Shown here piece by piece: positions 13,001 through 28,000 of a stretch of DNA of 64,000 bases; the stretch's first letter is position 1; every line of letters starts with the position of its first letter. The stretch is from positions 248,001-312,000 of the forward strand of contig OZ241826.1 in the NCBI GenBank assembly GCA_965202585.1, read 5' to 3'. This DNA comes from Thalia democratica (lineage: Eukaryota). The notes below the pieces were generated by a model. It did no database searches, was not told the origin of the DNA, and saw nothing but the letters and a program-made list of their open reading frames with translations. The position numbers were made by a program, and so were the translations under genes.

Positions 13001-16000
13001 AATGTGAACAAAATTAGTATTTTACTGGGTAGCTTACAGAACCATTGTACAACAGAACAAATTTGTTTTGAAAATTTGAATACATTAAGAAAACTTTGAA
13101 AATTTCTAACTCAAACGTAAAATCTACAAGATGTATTTAAACAGAAAACAACAAACTTATTTATAAAGCAACTCTCTAAGCATTTACTTAGTACTGAAGT
13201 TTTATATGATTTATATCATAGAAATATATTCAAATTACCTTCAACTTGGTACTGAAGTTCTGGGCATTCAATTCCCGCGCCAACTTGATCTTTGATGACA
13301 ATTTGGCTTCTTTCTCTAATGCCACCACCGCATGCCGACCATGGCTCCCAATCAACAACGCAATCGATGCATGCTGCAGAATAAATAATTAGTTTAACAA
13401 TATTTGTAGGTAAGTTGTTTATTAAGTTTTTATTTTTTAACAGTCGACACTGTGTAAATTGATAGAATTTAAACAAAAAAATTTTGGAAGGCTTCTTCTT
13501 ACTGTATGGTTCAAATCAAGTTTAAGATATTTTCAATCCACAGTGTAATAAGCGTAGGTATGATTTTTTGGGTAATAATTTAGGTAAGGTAATAATTTTG
13601 AAAATTACTTTTTGATATTAACGTTTGTGTAAAGACTCACTGAAAAACTAAAGTAAACTATATGTAGTTAACAGCTTTATAAGATATTAAATACAACAAT
13701 TAAAGTTAATATATTGTCTTAAATTTCACTTATATATATTTTTAACTAACTTTCAGCTTCAGTTTGAAGGGGTGGGCACGCTTTGCCTACACCTAGTGGT
13801 TCAATTGCAACGTACTGGGATCTGTGTCTTTCTCCTCCAGAACAATCCAAGCTCCAAGGACCCCAATCCAATTCGCAGTCCCTACACGCTGTTTGAATTG
13901 TATTAATTTTGTTAACTTACTGACAGGTAAGAGAAGTTAAACATACTAGTCTGTGTACATGTGAAGTTTGTACTCTACTCTATAATTGACAAAATCCGAA
14001 ACATTTTGCTTTAATTAACTTTTAAAAATTTTTTAATATTCTGACTTAAAATTCTTCTTCACGGCTTAAAAAATGTGATACAAAAATTTAGAATGAAAAC
14101 ATTTAATATTTCCCTATACTAACTGCAGAACTTTTATTTTCTTACCATCAAAAATTATGGTGAACAATTTACTTGTTTTTTGAATGGACGTGTGCAAAAA
14201 GACGTGTGCTCAATTACTAATAAATTACTAACACCAAGTTTACTCAATATTTTATTACAAAATATCTCACCTTCTGTCTCGCTCTCCTTGGGAGGGCAGA
14301 GTTTACCTCCGGGACCCACGGGTTCCACATCAACGTACTGGAACCTCCTCCTCACCCCGTTTGCGCACTCACCCCAATCTCCCCACGCGATCACGCAGTG
14401 TACGCACTCTAGCGGATAGAAAAATTCAAACTTAGATATTTGATACTATCTTGTTATCAAATTTTTTATACTATTTAGACTTGAAATAGTTATCTGTGCT
14501 TGTCGTTATTTGGTAATGTCATCTTAAACAACCCGAATATATTTGTTAAATTGTCTATCTTCTCCTATAATAATCTAACATTACGCTATACTGTAAAAAA
14601 ATTCTAATAGTACAGCTGTATAGATAATGTTATAATTCTAATGCTACTTTAAGTTGCTTGGTTTAACAAGTTTACTACGCAGAACGAAGTTTTAATTTTT
14701 TAAATAATAATTTCAATCTCATCAGAATTGTGAAAAATAAGCGAAGACTATGTTTTAAGGCAGCTTACTGATGTAGTCCAGCTTTAAAAATTTCTTGCAT
14801 GCACTGTGAAATAATAAACCAAAAAGTTTGAGCTTTTATGTATGAGAAATTACATAAAAGAAACGAAACAGATCAAAACTTAAAAATTGTTGCTCTCACA
14901 TCAAAACTACCAAAAGTTCTGCATGTAAATCATTAGCAAATTTTAGTTTGATAAGATAAATAAAACATTAGTATAAAAAGTGCAGTGAACAAAAATTTAT
15001 AATAGATTTTATGAGGTATTTAAAATAATTTATTAATTGACAAACAACTTGTTGTAATATAAAAAAGCTTTAATGTTGTTTATACAAACAAAACTAGTTT
15101 TATTTATATTAAATTTAAAATTTATTATATCATAGTCATAATGTTAGTATTTTTTTATACTACATAAACTTTTATACTACATATGAAATGTTCATTACCC
15201 AAAAATCATTTATAAAACATAGATGTTTGAACTTAACATTTAACAAATAAATTTCCTAAAAAAGATTTACCTTAAAAAGTTAAACAGTAATATGCACATA
15301 ATTAAAGTAATAAAAAGAAGAAAATTAAAACGTTTACTTTGGTGTGAGACATTACTAATCAAAACAGTTTTTAAATAGTAAACTTATTTAATTTAAATAA
15401 CAGTATGAAGTTATCTTACACAAAAAGCTTTAACAAAACTAAAATATATGTTGTATGGTAGAAAGTTAAAAAGAAATTCTACACAAAAGTAATTACTTTA
15501 AAAAAATTATCAGTTTAAAACATAAAGAGAACAATAATATTTAAGAAAAGGTTTTTTTTAGTAGAAAATTTAACAAATTTGTAGCAAATTATCAATCTAA
15601 ACGAAAAACATTTAAGAAAATGTATTTTAAAAAGTAGAAGAAGTACTTGTTAGTGGAAAATTAAACAAATTTGTAGCAAATTATCAATTTTTACGGCTGC
15701 ACCCTTCGGAAATTTTGCAACATACAACTTTCTGCAACTTGCATTTGAACTTGTGACGTCACAGTGCAAAGCAGCTGCGTTGGCGCACCATCAAAGTGGC
15801 TTTCATTAAAAACTTTTGTTTTGTGTTCGTTTCTTGCCAACTTGATTATTAAAAAAGTTTTTGTTGTGTGCCAAACCCCTGGTTACCACTAATCAGTTTT
15901 AATTGGTCGACCGCGTTAATACTGTGTTACATTCGAAATGTTAATTAATAAACAAAAAGAAATAATTTAAAGTTGTTGGGTTGAACTGTTTTGTGTTATT

Positions 16001-19000
16001 TTTGCTATATGTAATGGCATTTTGAAAGGGGAAATAAGTTTTTATTTGAAGAGTACGAAGTTTTCCCTTCTTTTTGGATTAATTTCTTATTTTAAAAGGT
16101 TTTTAAGCAGTACCTTTATGCTTATAACTAATTAATTTGGTTAACCCATTGTGGTTGATAAATTACAAATTTGTTAATTAATAAAAATATTTGGTTGTTT
16201 TAGTGGTTCGTAATGTGTTTACAATAATGACTGTAACACCTATATGAATTTTTTCTAAAATATTTTTAAATTCTTATACCTCTTAGTGGTTTAACAAAAT
16301 AGCTTAGAAGTGATCAAAATTTATAAAGCAAAGCTTCATTGTTATTTAATGAGAAAACAAACAGAAGCTAATTATTTTTTAAATCAATAAGTGAGGTGGT
16401 GTAAGTAGAAATTCGAGTTTTTAGCAGGAAAATATCTTCACGCTTTTTACAGCTCAGTGGGGATTATTGTGCATAATTGTTTTACAAAGAGGTCGTTTGC
16501 GGGAATCAAAAAACAATTAAGTACAGATAATACTAAGTTAAGCTCTAAAACATTACATCAACATAAAATATCTTTTCTGATTTTAAAACACTAGTTTTAA
16601 TAGCGGCGTTCTAGAAAGATTAAACTTTAATAATTGTTTTTTATAATGAGTGAAAATTTGTTTGAAAACTATAATATTATTTTACAGCAAGAAATACAAT
16701 TCTGCTACTAACATTATGCTTTCTTTATTAAGCTCCTAACAACATTCATCTCTACACATTAAGTATATATGTTATGATGGAAGTACGACTGTTTTATTAC
16801 GTCATAAACAACCTTCCTACCACACATTAAGTACACAACATATAGGGTAATGTAACAAACAAATTGTACTGCAATAAACACAAACCTTCCTGTTTGACAT
16901 CAAGGACATGATAGTTGTGTAATTCTTGTATTACGTCATAAAAAATCTTGCTACTTACACATTAAGTACACGGAATACAAAACTTTTAACAAACCTTCCT
17001 GCTTGACATCAAGTGCTGGACAGGCCAGACCTCTTCCAACTTGTGGCTGGACGACCACTTCATCCAGTGTCCTGAAGCCGTGCGCACATTCGGACCATTC
17101 GTCTGACCAGTCAACTACACAGTTCTGACAATCTGTTTGAAATTATGGTGTTTCAATATATAGTCTGTTAGAGTATATTATTTCACTGCACATACCTTAA
17201 CAATAAAGAAAAGAAAAGAAAACAAGCTTGAAGAAATTTGGTGTAATTAAGCTAATATTTAATATTATTTAATTTAAGACATTATCAGGCTTTCTATAAC
17301 TTATATTGGAAAGTAACAAAACTTTTAACCCGTGCATTTTATATATTATATACCTTCAGTATCAACAGCGAGTTTAGGACACTGATCTGCTCCGTTTCCT
17401 TGTGGACTTGTCTTCACGTACTGGCTTCTGGACACTTTTCCTCCGAAACACTCTCCCCAGTCATCCCATTCTACCTCGCAGTGGACGCATACTGGAAAGA
17501 AAAAAATATTTGAGTACATATTTTATTGATAGCCAGTTTTAAGAAACCAAAGTAACAAGAGTATTTAAAAAAGTATCAGTGAACTTTACTAAATATTGTT
17601 ATGACTCTAGTTATTAATCTTATGAACATGTTAAACTATTAGACCTTCTTCTGCAGTAAGTAGTTCATCTGGACATTGGACTCCCGCCCCAATTGCAAGA
17701 AGGGTAATCACCTGGTTTCTGGTCCTGACACCGTCCGAACATTGAGACCAGCTGTCCCAGTCCAATTGACAGTCAATGCACACTGTTAATAAAATTAAAT
17801 TTGTTCGCTTTTGCAGCAAGTTTTGTTTTCTTTGTTAAGTTTGTACATACTGTTGAGTTTGTCAAAAAAACAGATTTATTTGCGTTCTGGATTATTTTTA
17901 TTCGATTTGTATTCTACAGTGTTTATAGAAATTGTGAAAAAAGAAATTGATTTATCTTATTTTTGTACAATTTTGTTTTTGTATCTCATGTGAGTTTCGA
18001 AAACAAAACATCTAAATAAAATTTATGTTTTTATTAACTTTTGTAGCATGTTTACGCTGCTGAGTTTGAGAATAAATAAAAAACTTTTGTTTTATTTCAG
18101 AATAATTTTAGATAGCTTTTTTTGAATATTTTACCTTCAGAATGAGTTTCGAGAGTGGGGCATTCCCTTCCACCGTTGAATGCTTCTTCCACCACAACTT
18201 CCTGCTTCGTCCTCTGTCCATCACTGCATTCGGACCAATCTCCGAACTCAGTCTTGCAGTCTCCACACTCTGTTTATATAACATGTTTACACAAAGTTTT
18301 TGAATGTTTTTTTTCGTTGTAATTTTTTATCAGGTTTTGAAACCACAAGTAAAAAGAACTTCACAGACATCGTACCAAGTAATAATTTCAATTATATATA
18401 TATATACATGAATGTAGTACCTTCAGTGACAACGGGCCAGTCTTTTTCATCGGGGCAGGTGCCTTGCCCGAGGGCCATGAACTTGACGTAAGAAGTTTTT
18501 GTGCGGGACGACCCGTCGCAAGGACCCCAATCGTTGAAGTCCAGCTCGCAATCGGCACAAGCTGGAAATAGTAACATTTTAAAATCCTAAATTTTTTTCA
18601 AATTAAGTTGCCGCTTGTCAGGAAAGTGTTATATATATATACTTTGAAATTTTTCTACAAATTATTTATATTACTGACGTTGTTCTTATTAAAACTATAT
18701 TTAAAAGGTTTTAAGCATCCACCTACAGAATATTTAGTAAATTATTGTTTGATTTTTTTTTATTTTTATTTATATCACTTACGTTGTTCTTCGGATAGCA
18801 GCCACTCTTCGGGTCTGCAATCGACTCCTCCAGGCCCTTTGCCCTCCTCCTTGATAAACTCGAACCTGGACGCTTTGAAGTCGATGCACGCGCTCCACTC
18901 CGTCCATTCGATCAAGCATGGTGTGCACTCTGTTTGAGTAAAATAAAATATAATATAAATAAAGGTGTGCACACTGTTTGAGTAAAATAAAATATAATAT

Positions 19001-22000
19001 AAATAAAGGTGTGCACTCTGTTTGAGTAAAATAAAATATAATATAAATAAAGGTGTGCACACTGTTTGAGTAAAATAAAATATAATATAAATAAAGGTGT
19101 GCACACTGTTTGAGTAAAATAAAATATAATATAAGTAAAGGTGTGCACACTGTTTGAGTAAAATATGTGAACATAAATCATGGTGTGCACTCTGTTTGAT
19201 TAAAATATGTAAATATAATTAATGGTGTGCACTCTGTTTGAGTAAAATATGTAATACTGAACATAATTCATGGTGTGCACTCTGTTTGAGTAAAATATGT
19301 AATACTGAATATAATTAAAGGTGTGCATTCTGTTTTAGTGTATTAAAATATGTAATATGAACATAATTAAAGGTGTGCACTCTGTTTGAGTAAAATATGT
19401 AAAACTGAATATAATTCTTGGTGTGCACTCTGTTTGAGTAAAATATGTAAAACTGAATATAATTCATGGTGTGCACTCTGTTTGAGTAAAATATGTAAAA
19501 CTGAATATAATTCATGGTGTGCATTCTGTTTGAGTAAAATATGTAATACTGAACATAATTCATGGTGTGCACTCTGTTTGAGTAAAATATGTAAAACTGA
19601 ATATAATTAATGGTGTGCACTCTGTTTGAGTAAAATATGTAATACTGAATATAATTAAAGGTGTACACTCTGTTGTTATTTGTTTGTTTTAAATTTTGGG
19701 AATTTATAAAAATTCTACATATACAAGTCACTGAAAGTTATGCTATCGCTGAAGCAGTATTAATTTAAGTGTAGTAGTATTTTTCTTCTTTTAATACTTT
19801 AGTGGTGGTTTCTAGTCATTTCAACTATAGTATTTACCTGATTCTTCTGTCAACAGCTCAGCGGGGCACTCCTTTCCAGCTCCGACGGTTTCCCGGCTGA
19901 TGATCTGGCTCCTCGTGGTCACTCCATCCGTGCAAGTGCTCCACTCATCCCACGATACCTCACAGTCGACACACGCTGTTGTGATGTTAAATATGTACTT
20001 GTTGTTGGTTGTTCGAGATGGAGAATTTATAAAAAACGTTGACACAGTAGGTTGAAAAAAATACTATAATGCAACTATATGTTACTAATAATAAAATATT
20101 TATACAACTATACAGTCAACTTTTGTACTTAAAAATTTAGATTTACAAAAAGTTGGAAAGTGTAGTGTCGTAATCAATGCAGTTGTCTGTTAGTTATTTT
20201 AATCTCTAAACAATGCACTTATATATAAAAATAGTTAATACCTTCTTGTTCAATCCAGCTTTTCAGAGTATCGTCATCAGGACACTGCAATCCTGCTCCA
20301 ACACTCTGAACTTTGACCTCGTTCCACCTTGCTCTTGATCCGTCCACGCATTCGGTCCATTCAGCCCAATCCCACACGCAGTCAACGCATGCTGTTCATA
20401 TTTTGTTATTATTTGAAAATTAATGAAGGAAGTCATACTAAATATACAAGAAGATCCTTTAATTTGTACTGAAAAGTTTTCACAAAGTTAGCTGTATTCA
20501 CCAAACACAGGGTTTAACAAAACTTTTAAGAGTTTATATTTTTCAGGTGCTATCTTACACAGTAGCAATCCATAGAAAGTTGTTTGTTTTTTAGAATGTG
20601 CAAATCCACCCAAAGATTTATACAAACAAAATAATCTCAATCATATAGTAAGTAACGTTTGAAAACTGACAATTAACAAAAAATTAACAACAAACGTTCG
20701 GATTCAGTCTGGAGCTCCAAGCACTGGATACCAGCTCCAACAGGTTCAACGGTGACCACCTGACTCCTGGATCTTGATCCTCCTGAACAATCAGTCGACC
20801 ACTCGCCCCATTCAACCACACAATCAATGCATTCTGGAAAAAGTTATATTTTGTTGTAAGATATGTTGATATACGTAGTATAAAACATAAGAAACAGAAT
20901 TTCAAATATATTTTTTTTTTATGGAATTAAAATTATGAAAACCATTCTAGTAACTTATATTTAGACCTAATCAATGATAAATTTTTCCCAATATTCTCTA
21001 TTAATAGTTATAACAAATCGTGTTTAAAACTCCACAAACCTTCGCTTTCAACTTGAAGTTCAGGACAAGCTTTTCCTGCTCCCACAACATCTTGTGTGAC
21101 AATTTGGCTTCTGTCTCTTTTACCATCTGCGCATGGTTCCCACACACCCCAGTCTACCACACAATCGATGCAATCTGTGAAAATTATGATTGATAAATAG
21201 AAAGCTTGTAGAAAAACGAGTCTTGAAACAAGAAATAAACTTAGTAAACTCTTGTTAAGGACTTAAAAAAACCTTATTTATATTATGTCACGGAATTAAT
21301 TAAAGAAAACCAGTTAGACTAGTGTAACCTAAATAATAAAATAACAACTGTAAATTTAATAAGTAGCTTAAAGACTGTTTTTTTCAATCATTGGTTTCAC
21401 AAACAGAACACCAATTCTTACTTAAAAAGTTTTAATAGTATTTCTGAACCTTAAAATATTATTAAAACTATAAAGATTTTAAATTTTAAATGTTCTAAAT
21501 ACTACTGCAACACTTAGAAAATGCATTAATTTTAAAAAAACAAGTAGTAGAAATTATAATTACATGTATTATAACCGAACGAAACTTTAAAGAATTAAGC
21601 TAATATTTGCAAACTAGAACTTATTTAAATAGCCGAGAGAATTATAAAAATGACATAATATTAAATTCCCGGAGCTTAAAGACTTTAAGCAGCTTAATTT
21701 GATAAAATCTTTCTCTAAATCTTGTACGTGACTCATTCACGTTTTGAATTGTTACGTCACAAGTAGTTCGCAAGTTTTTGAAAAGCAACGTGTTATAAAG
21801 ATTACATTTTTTCTAGAAATTTTCATGTTGGACAATGTTACCTGTTACGTATCACTACAGCATAGGTGAAAACGTATTTTAGTTTATGAATACATTTTTT
21901 GATTTATCGTAATAATGTGAAATCTATTGAGTTCAAACAAAGTATAGAAGTTAGTGTAATGCAGCAACATACTGTTAACTTTTTTAAATCCTACAATATC

Positions 22001-25000
22001 TTTAGAAACTTTTAGAAAGTTTATTTTTAGAAAGTTTTTAAAGTTTTCTAAGCAGTTTTGCCATTGTTTATGCTAACAAAACATTAAGATATAAAAAAAT
22101 GTTCTTATGAAAATCTAAGCTAACTAAATGTACGAAAAACAAAAACAAAATAATGTTTAATTAAAAGATACAGATATACATATAGTCTACAACTACAGCT
22201 TTAACTTATGTCAAAAAAAAAACCAGTTTAAAAAACTTATGCAAACTGTGAGTAAAACTAAATAAAAACTAAAATTGCAAACAACTCCAAAACCAAAAAT
22301 TTATTAAAAGTTTCGCTATAATTCAGTTCAAAAAATTGTAAAACAACAGTAGAATACCTTCGCTTTCAACTTGAAGTTCAGGACAAACTTTTCCTGCCCC
22401 CACAACATCTTGTGTGACAATTTGGCTTCTTTCTCTTTTGCCATCTGCGCAGGGTTCCCACACACCCCAGTCTACTACACAATCGATGCAGGCTGTGGAA
22501 AAACTGGAAACTCAGAAGCATCCGAAAACTTTAACTTACTCTATTTGCACGTTCTTTGTAAATTTTGCTAGTTTTATGAAGATTTGGTGATAAAAAAATA
22601 AATAAAAGATCACGATTAGTAAATTAATGTATTATGACGTCACAAACCTTCGTTTTCGCTTTGAAGCTCAGGGCAAGCAGATCCGGCACCAACTACGTCC
22701 TGAGTGACAACCTGGCTCCTGGATCTGGACCCTTCAGAACATTCTCCCCATGCGCCCCAATCGACAACACAGTCGATACAAGCTGTTGAAATAGTTTAAT
22801 AATTTAACAAAAAATTTTAATATAAAAATTGTATTTAATTTTACTTTATCGGCTAAGTGTATAAAATCATGTAACTCTCATACATCAAACAGACAACAAA
22901 AAATAAAACTTAACTAAGTACTTCAAGTATTAATTAACACAAAACTTAGAGATCAAAAAACATTATGACGTCACACAAACCTTCCTCCTCATCCTGCAGA
23001 CTTCCGCAAGCTTCAGCTCCCTCCCCCTCAGGTTTGACGAGGACGTACTGCAACCTCGTCCTCACACCGCCCTCGCACGCGGACCACTCTCCCCACGCGA
23101 GCTGGCAGTCCACGCAAACTTCCTCGTCGTACCGCAACTCTGGACACTGTGTGGCGCCATCGCCTTCCGGTTGAACCTTTATAAATTGCTGTCTGGTCCT
23201 CAAACCGCCGTCGCAGTCCGTCCAAGCTTCCCACGCGACCACGCAGTCGATGCATACTGTTGAAATTAATTAATTATTTGAAATTACATTACTTATTATT
23301 TATTTGGTTAAATTTTTATTTATTAATTATTTATTTGGTTAAATACTAACTATAACTGTAACTACGGTCTTAAGCTTTTATAAAAGAACTGAAAAAAAAT
23401 GGCTAAATAACTAAAAAAATAGTTTGTTTTAATAATAACGGTTATGAAAAATTAATTTAAATAAAAATAAAACTTAATTTTTCAGAACATTTTTTAAATT
23501 AAAATTAAGCAAGAAAAATAAGAAGTATTTTAATTACTAAATAACAATAAATTGATTACCAAGTTTTATTTATTTTAAAAGTTTTGTTTGTATATAACTA
23601 AATTTAATCATTTCATTCATAAAACAAAATTCGTGCAGTTTAATAAAACAAATGTATAAAAATTAAATTTATGCGAGATTAGTTACTTTCTTAACTAAAT
23701 TACAACAAAAATTTATGCTTTATCTGCTTTGATTTTTAATATTTATTAAATTAAAGTTTTGCTAATTCAAAAAAATACCGAAAAAAAAGCTAAATATAGC
23801 TTGGTAATACAAAACGTAACGGTTATAAATAAACAGGTCATACTAAAAATAAAACTGCCTTCAATAAAGTTAAAAAAAAAACTAAACCTTAAATGTTTTT
23901 AAACTTGAAAAGTTGTAATAAATGCTTGTATAACAGCAAAAATTGTATTTTTTAATAAAAAAGTATACCTCTATTTTATTGAAAGTAATAAAAGTTGAAC
24001 TACAATAACTGAACATAAAGGACAACTTTAAGTTAAGCAAAACTAGCGAAGAGTAACTTTGTAAAGTTGTTTTCAATAATTATGGTAGCTTAAAAGAAAA
24101 ATACTTTAAAAAAACAATACAACTAAAAGCAATTTGCCAAACTGTAATACAAAAATTAAAACAGTTTAACAAGTACATATAAAGTTAACATAGTGGCTAT
24201 CATAATATAATAGATTTTAAAACTTTCTTATAAGTAAATTAAAGTAAACCAAATATAAAATATATTCAATGCAACTCTATAATTTCGCTGGTACTAAATA
24301 AAAACTGAAACATTTAGTCGTTCAACACAAACTTAATTCTTATAACTAATTCTACACATATATTGCTTTAAAGTGGCTGGTTTATTTCTGAAACAAAAAA
24401 TACAGTTTTAAAAACACAACCAGCGACGTATCTAACATACAACAAATTTTGTAAAATCATTTACACGTGTTAATCTATGAACAGATTATAATTCTCAAGT
24501 ACTTCGAGTTTCGCACACAACTTACCTGCTGAACAATATATAAGCTTCCTATTATGAGGGGGATTTCAGGTAAGTATTAGTTCGTGTTCAAAGTTCACAT
24601 TACTAATATTATGTGAAAGTTCAAGTGCAACAAAATAAGTTTCTGGATAATTTTTTTGTGTGTTTTGGATTTAGTTGAGGAGGTAAGAAAAGTTTAAGGC
24701 ATTATTATTGAGCTAGTCTTAATTAATAGAAAAATATAGTACTATTGTGTTATTAAAATAGTTTGATCAAAGTTGATTAAACTTAAAAATATTTTTAAGA
24801 TAAAAAATATTAGACCTAAGTAATTATTTTTATAAATTAATTGAAATAAATTATCTAGTTATTTTTTTTGAAAACTTTAAAGTTCTTAAATAACTGTGCA
24901 AAGCTAACAAGTTTTAAATTTGTGAAATTTAACAATGTTTGTATATTTAACTTTGTGTCATTTTTTGACAAGTATAAATATACATATTACGAATTTAAAA

Positions 25001-28000
25001 AATATTTTTTGTCTTCAAGTTTTAAGAGATTATCAAATAAATCCGGTTGAAATTGTTTGTAACACAAACATTAGATGCTTCAAAACTTAAATACAATTAA
25101 CTTTGAAATTATATCTAATGTAAAATTTTAGACTGTGAAAATTTCGGTTTATTTTATGTGATCATAAACGTGGTATAACTTCGCTCTACTTACAATTTTA
25201 GTTACAATTTAATTTGTTTTTGTAGAAACAAATTACGATAATTTTTAGCTTGTAAAGCTTAGTAAATAAATTAAAACAATTTTTTCTTGAATTTGCTGGA
25301 GTTAAAGCTAGATTTAGTTTCACTATTTGTTAAGTGTTTGGTTTATTGATAAAATAAACATAACTTTGTTTTTTGACTTATTTCTAAGTAAAAAAAAACA
25401 TGGAAGTTATTTAAGTCATACAAAATTGTATCTTGAAATCACAATTCGCTGTTACGTCATAATTAACACAATTGTCGTCACAAGTTACAAACCTTCGCTT
25501 TCAACTTGAAGTTCAGGACAAACTTTTCCTGCCCCCACAACATCTTGTGTGACAATTTGGCTTCTTTCTCTTTTACCACCAGAACAAGCTCCCCATGACT
25601 CCCATTCGACTGCGCAATGGATGCAGGCTGTAAGAAGAACAAATTATTTGTCAATCTGAAAGTTCATTGATATTTTTAAAAGGTAGACAAGTTCACAAAT
25701 CATACCTTCAGTTTCACTTGTCAGTTCAGGACATTCACTTCCCGCACCAACACTCATGGTCAGTACTTGCTGGCTTCTAACCCTCTCACCATTGGAACAA
25801 GCCTCCCATTCAGCCCATCCTACTTCGCAATCGATGCAATCTAGAGAAATACATGAAGTTTATTAAAGCTAAATGTGTTTTGCTGTTAATCCTACTTCGC
25901 AATCAACGCAATCTGGAAAAGTATGAGTTTTTGCTATAATTGTTTTAATTTAGACTAAGTAGTGTGTTAAAATAGTGGATATTTTTTTTTGTACAAATAG
26001 GTTCTTATTAGCCCTAAATTAATCGCTTTATTGCGTTTACCTTTTCAACCAACAAAAAAATTGAAATAAACTTACAAGAGCTACAAAAAAACTTATTAAT
26101 ATAAAAAACAACTGAATCTACAAATAACAGTGAAACTTTGAAATTAAAACAATTTTGAGTTAATGTTTTTTAAAAGATAACAAAACAATCTACTTTGAAC
26201 AAAGTTTAGTGTAAAAACAAATTTAAAAATTATATATATATATATTCGCTATAGAAAAAAATTAAAATTTATCAACAGTTCAATAAAATTCAACATTCGA
26301 ACCTTCGGTTTCAGTTTGGAGATCGGGGCAAGCAGCTCCAGCACCAACCTGCTGAACTGAAACAATTTCGCTTCTTGATCTCTTGTTGTTCGAACATTCA
26401 TCCCATGATCCCCAGGCAACCACACAGTCAACACAAGCTGCAAGTAGTTGTTTGCAATTAAAATTATACAATTATACTTGTTAAATTTTCCTGACGTAAG
26501 TAACAGTTTTAAAGATAATGAAGTAAAAAAGTTGTTTTGGATATTAAGAAATAAGCACAATTAAGAAACAGTGTGAAGTAAAGAAATACTTTTTATTTTT
26601 ATTTACACTGTAACAATTTTCTTTTTCTTTTCTATGGATAAACACGAATAACCAGTTATAATTTTTTAAAATAATTTTTTGTTTATAGTACTGTAATAAA
26701 AACTGTGTCTTCTGTAATTTGTTGTACAATAAAGTTTCTTTTACTATAAAATTGAGAATTTCTACTAATAACGTTTAAATAAAATATATATTTGATAAAC
26801 ACATTTTTTTTGTAATAGTTGTATTATATATACGAAAAGTTCAATATTCTATACTTTTATTTTACGACGCTTTAAAATGCATTTTAATCAAAAACTTAGT
26901 GGTTATCTTGTTTACAATGTTCAGACGGATTGTTTATTGTAGATGCCAACTTTAAAACAAACATTCACTTCCTATGTTAATGTAAACATGTCAGTAAACA
27001 TGTGGTTTCAATCAACTTTTGTCAAAATAAAAGTCTTTTTTAGTAAAAGTATGTTTAAAATCGTTACTAGATTTATAAAACTTGTCTTAAAACTTAATGT
27101 TAACTTTGTAATTAAATAATGACGTCTAATAGAAGCACTTGTTTTTAAAGACTTTAAAATGTTTGAAAAAAGCGTATATTGGTTTAGTTTATTGAAAACA
27201 GTAACAAAATATTTGTACAAAAACATTTTTAAGCTAAGTTTTATAAAAACGTTCTTTCTTTACCTTAAATTAGATTTATTTATCTATAATAAATTATTAA
27301 AAAATGCGTGTTAGTGATAAAGAGATGTATTCTTTATTTAAATCAATACATATGTGTGCATTAATATGTTTTAAATATTTTTATTGTTTTCAAATGATAT
27401 TTACTAATATTTTAAACAAATAACAATCAAACCTTCTTCTTCAGTTCTGAGTTTTGGACACTGAACACCAGCACCGACCGGTTCCACCTGAATGATTTCA
27501 GACCTGTCCCTCATTCCATCTGAACAGGAATTCCAAGGAGCCCACGCTACCACGCAGTCGATACACACTGTTGAATACATTACGTGTAAACTGGGAAAAA
27601 TTGAAAGTTATAATGAAAGTTTTTACAATTGTTAAGAATATTGAAAATAAATATATAAACACTAGAGTTCTTAAATATTGTTGATTAATTAACTTAGAAT
27701 GAAGAAACATTAAATAATAAAGCAGCAGTTATTGCTTTGATAGAGCTGTTGATTATGTTACCGTCGGTACCAAATAACCTTACAATAAATATTTTTTTAT
27801 TGCTTCATCTGAACAGAATGTTTTTTACCAGATTCATACAACAAATGACTTGTTTTTGTCATTTATAATTAGAAATATGCGCATTGAATTTCGAACAACA
27901 AACTTTCAGATTCAGATTTGAGTTGAGGACACACTTTTCCGGCTCCTTCGGGCTCCACAGTGATTATTTGAGATCTTGATCTCGTACCTCCTTCGCACTC

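Noticed and set aside
18775-19731. Long ORFs on both strands (109-138 aa) and a CRISPR-like look of the 44/48-bp array
   Set aside because: The ORFs are translations of the minisatellite. The inter-repeat sequences are near-identical rather than unique spacers, the context is a eukaryotic intron, and there are no cas genes.
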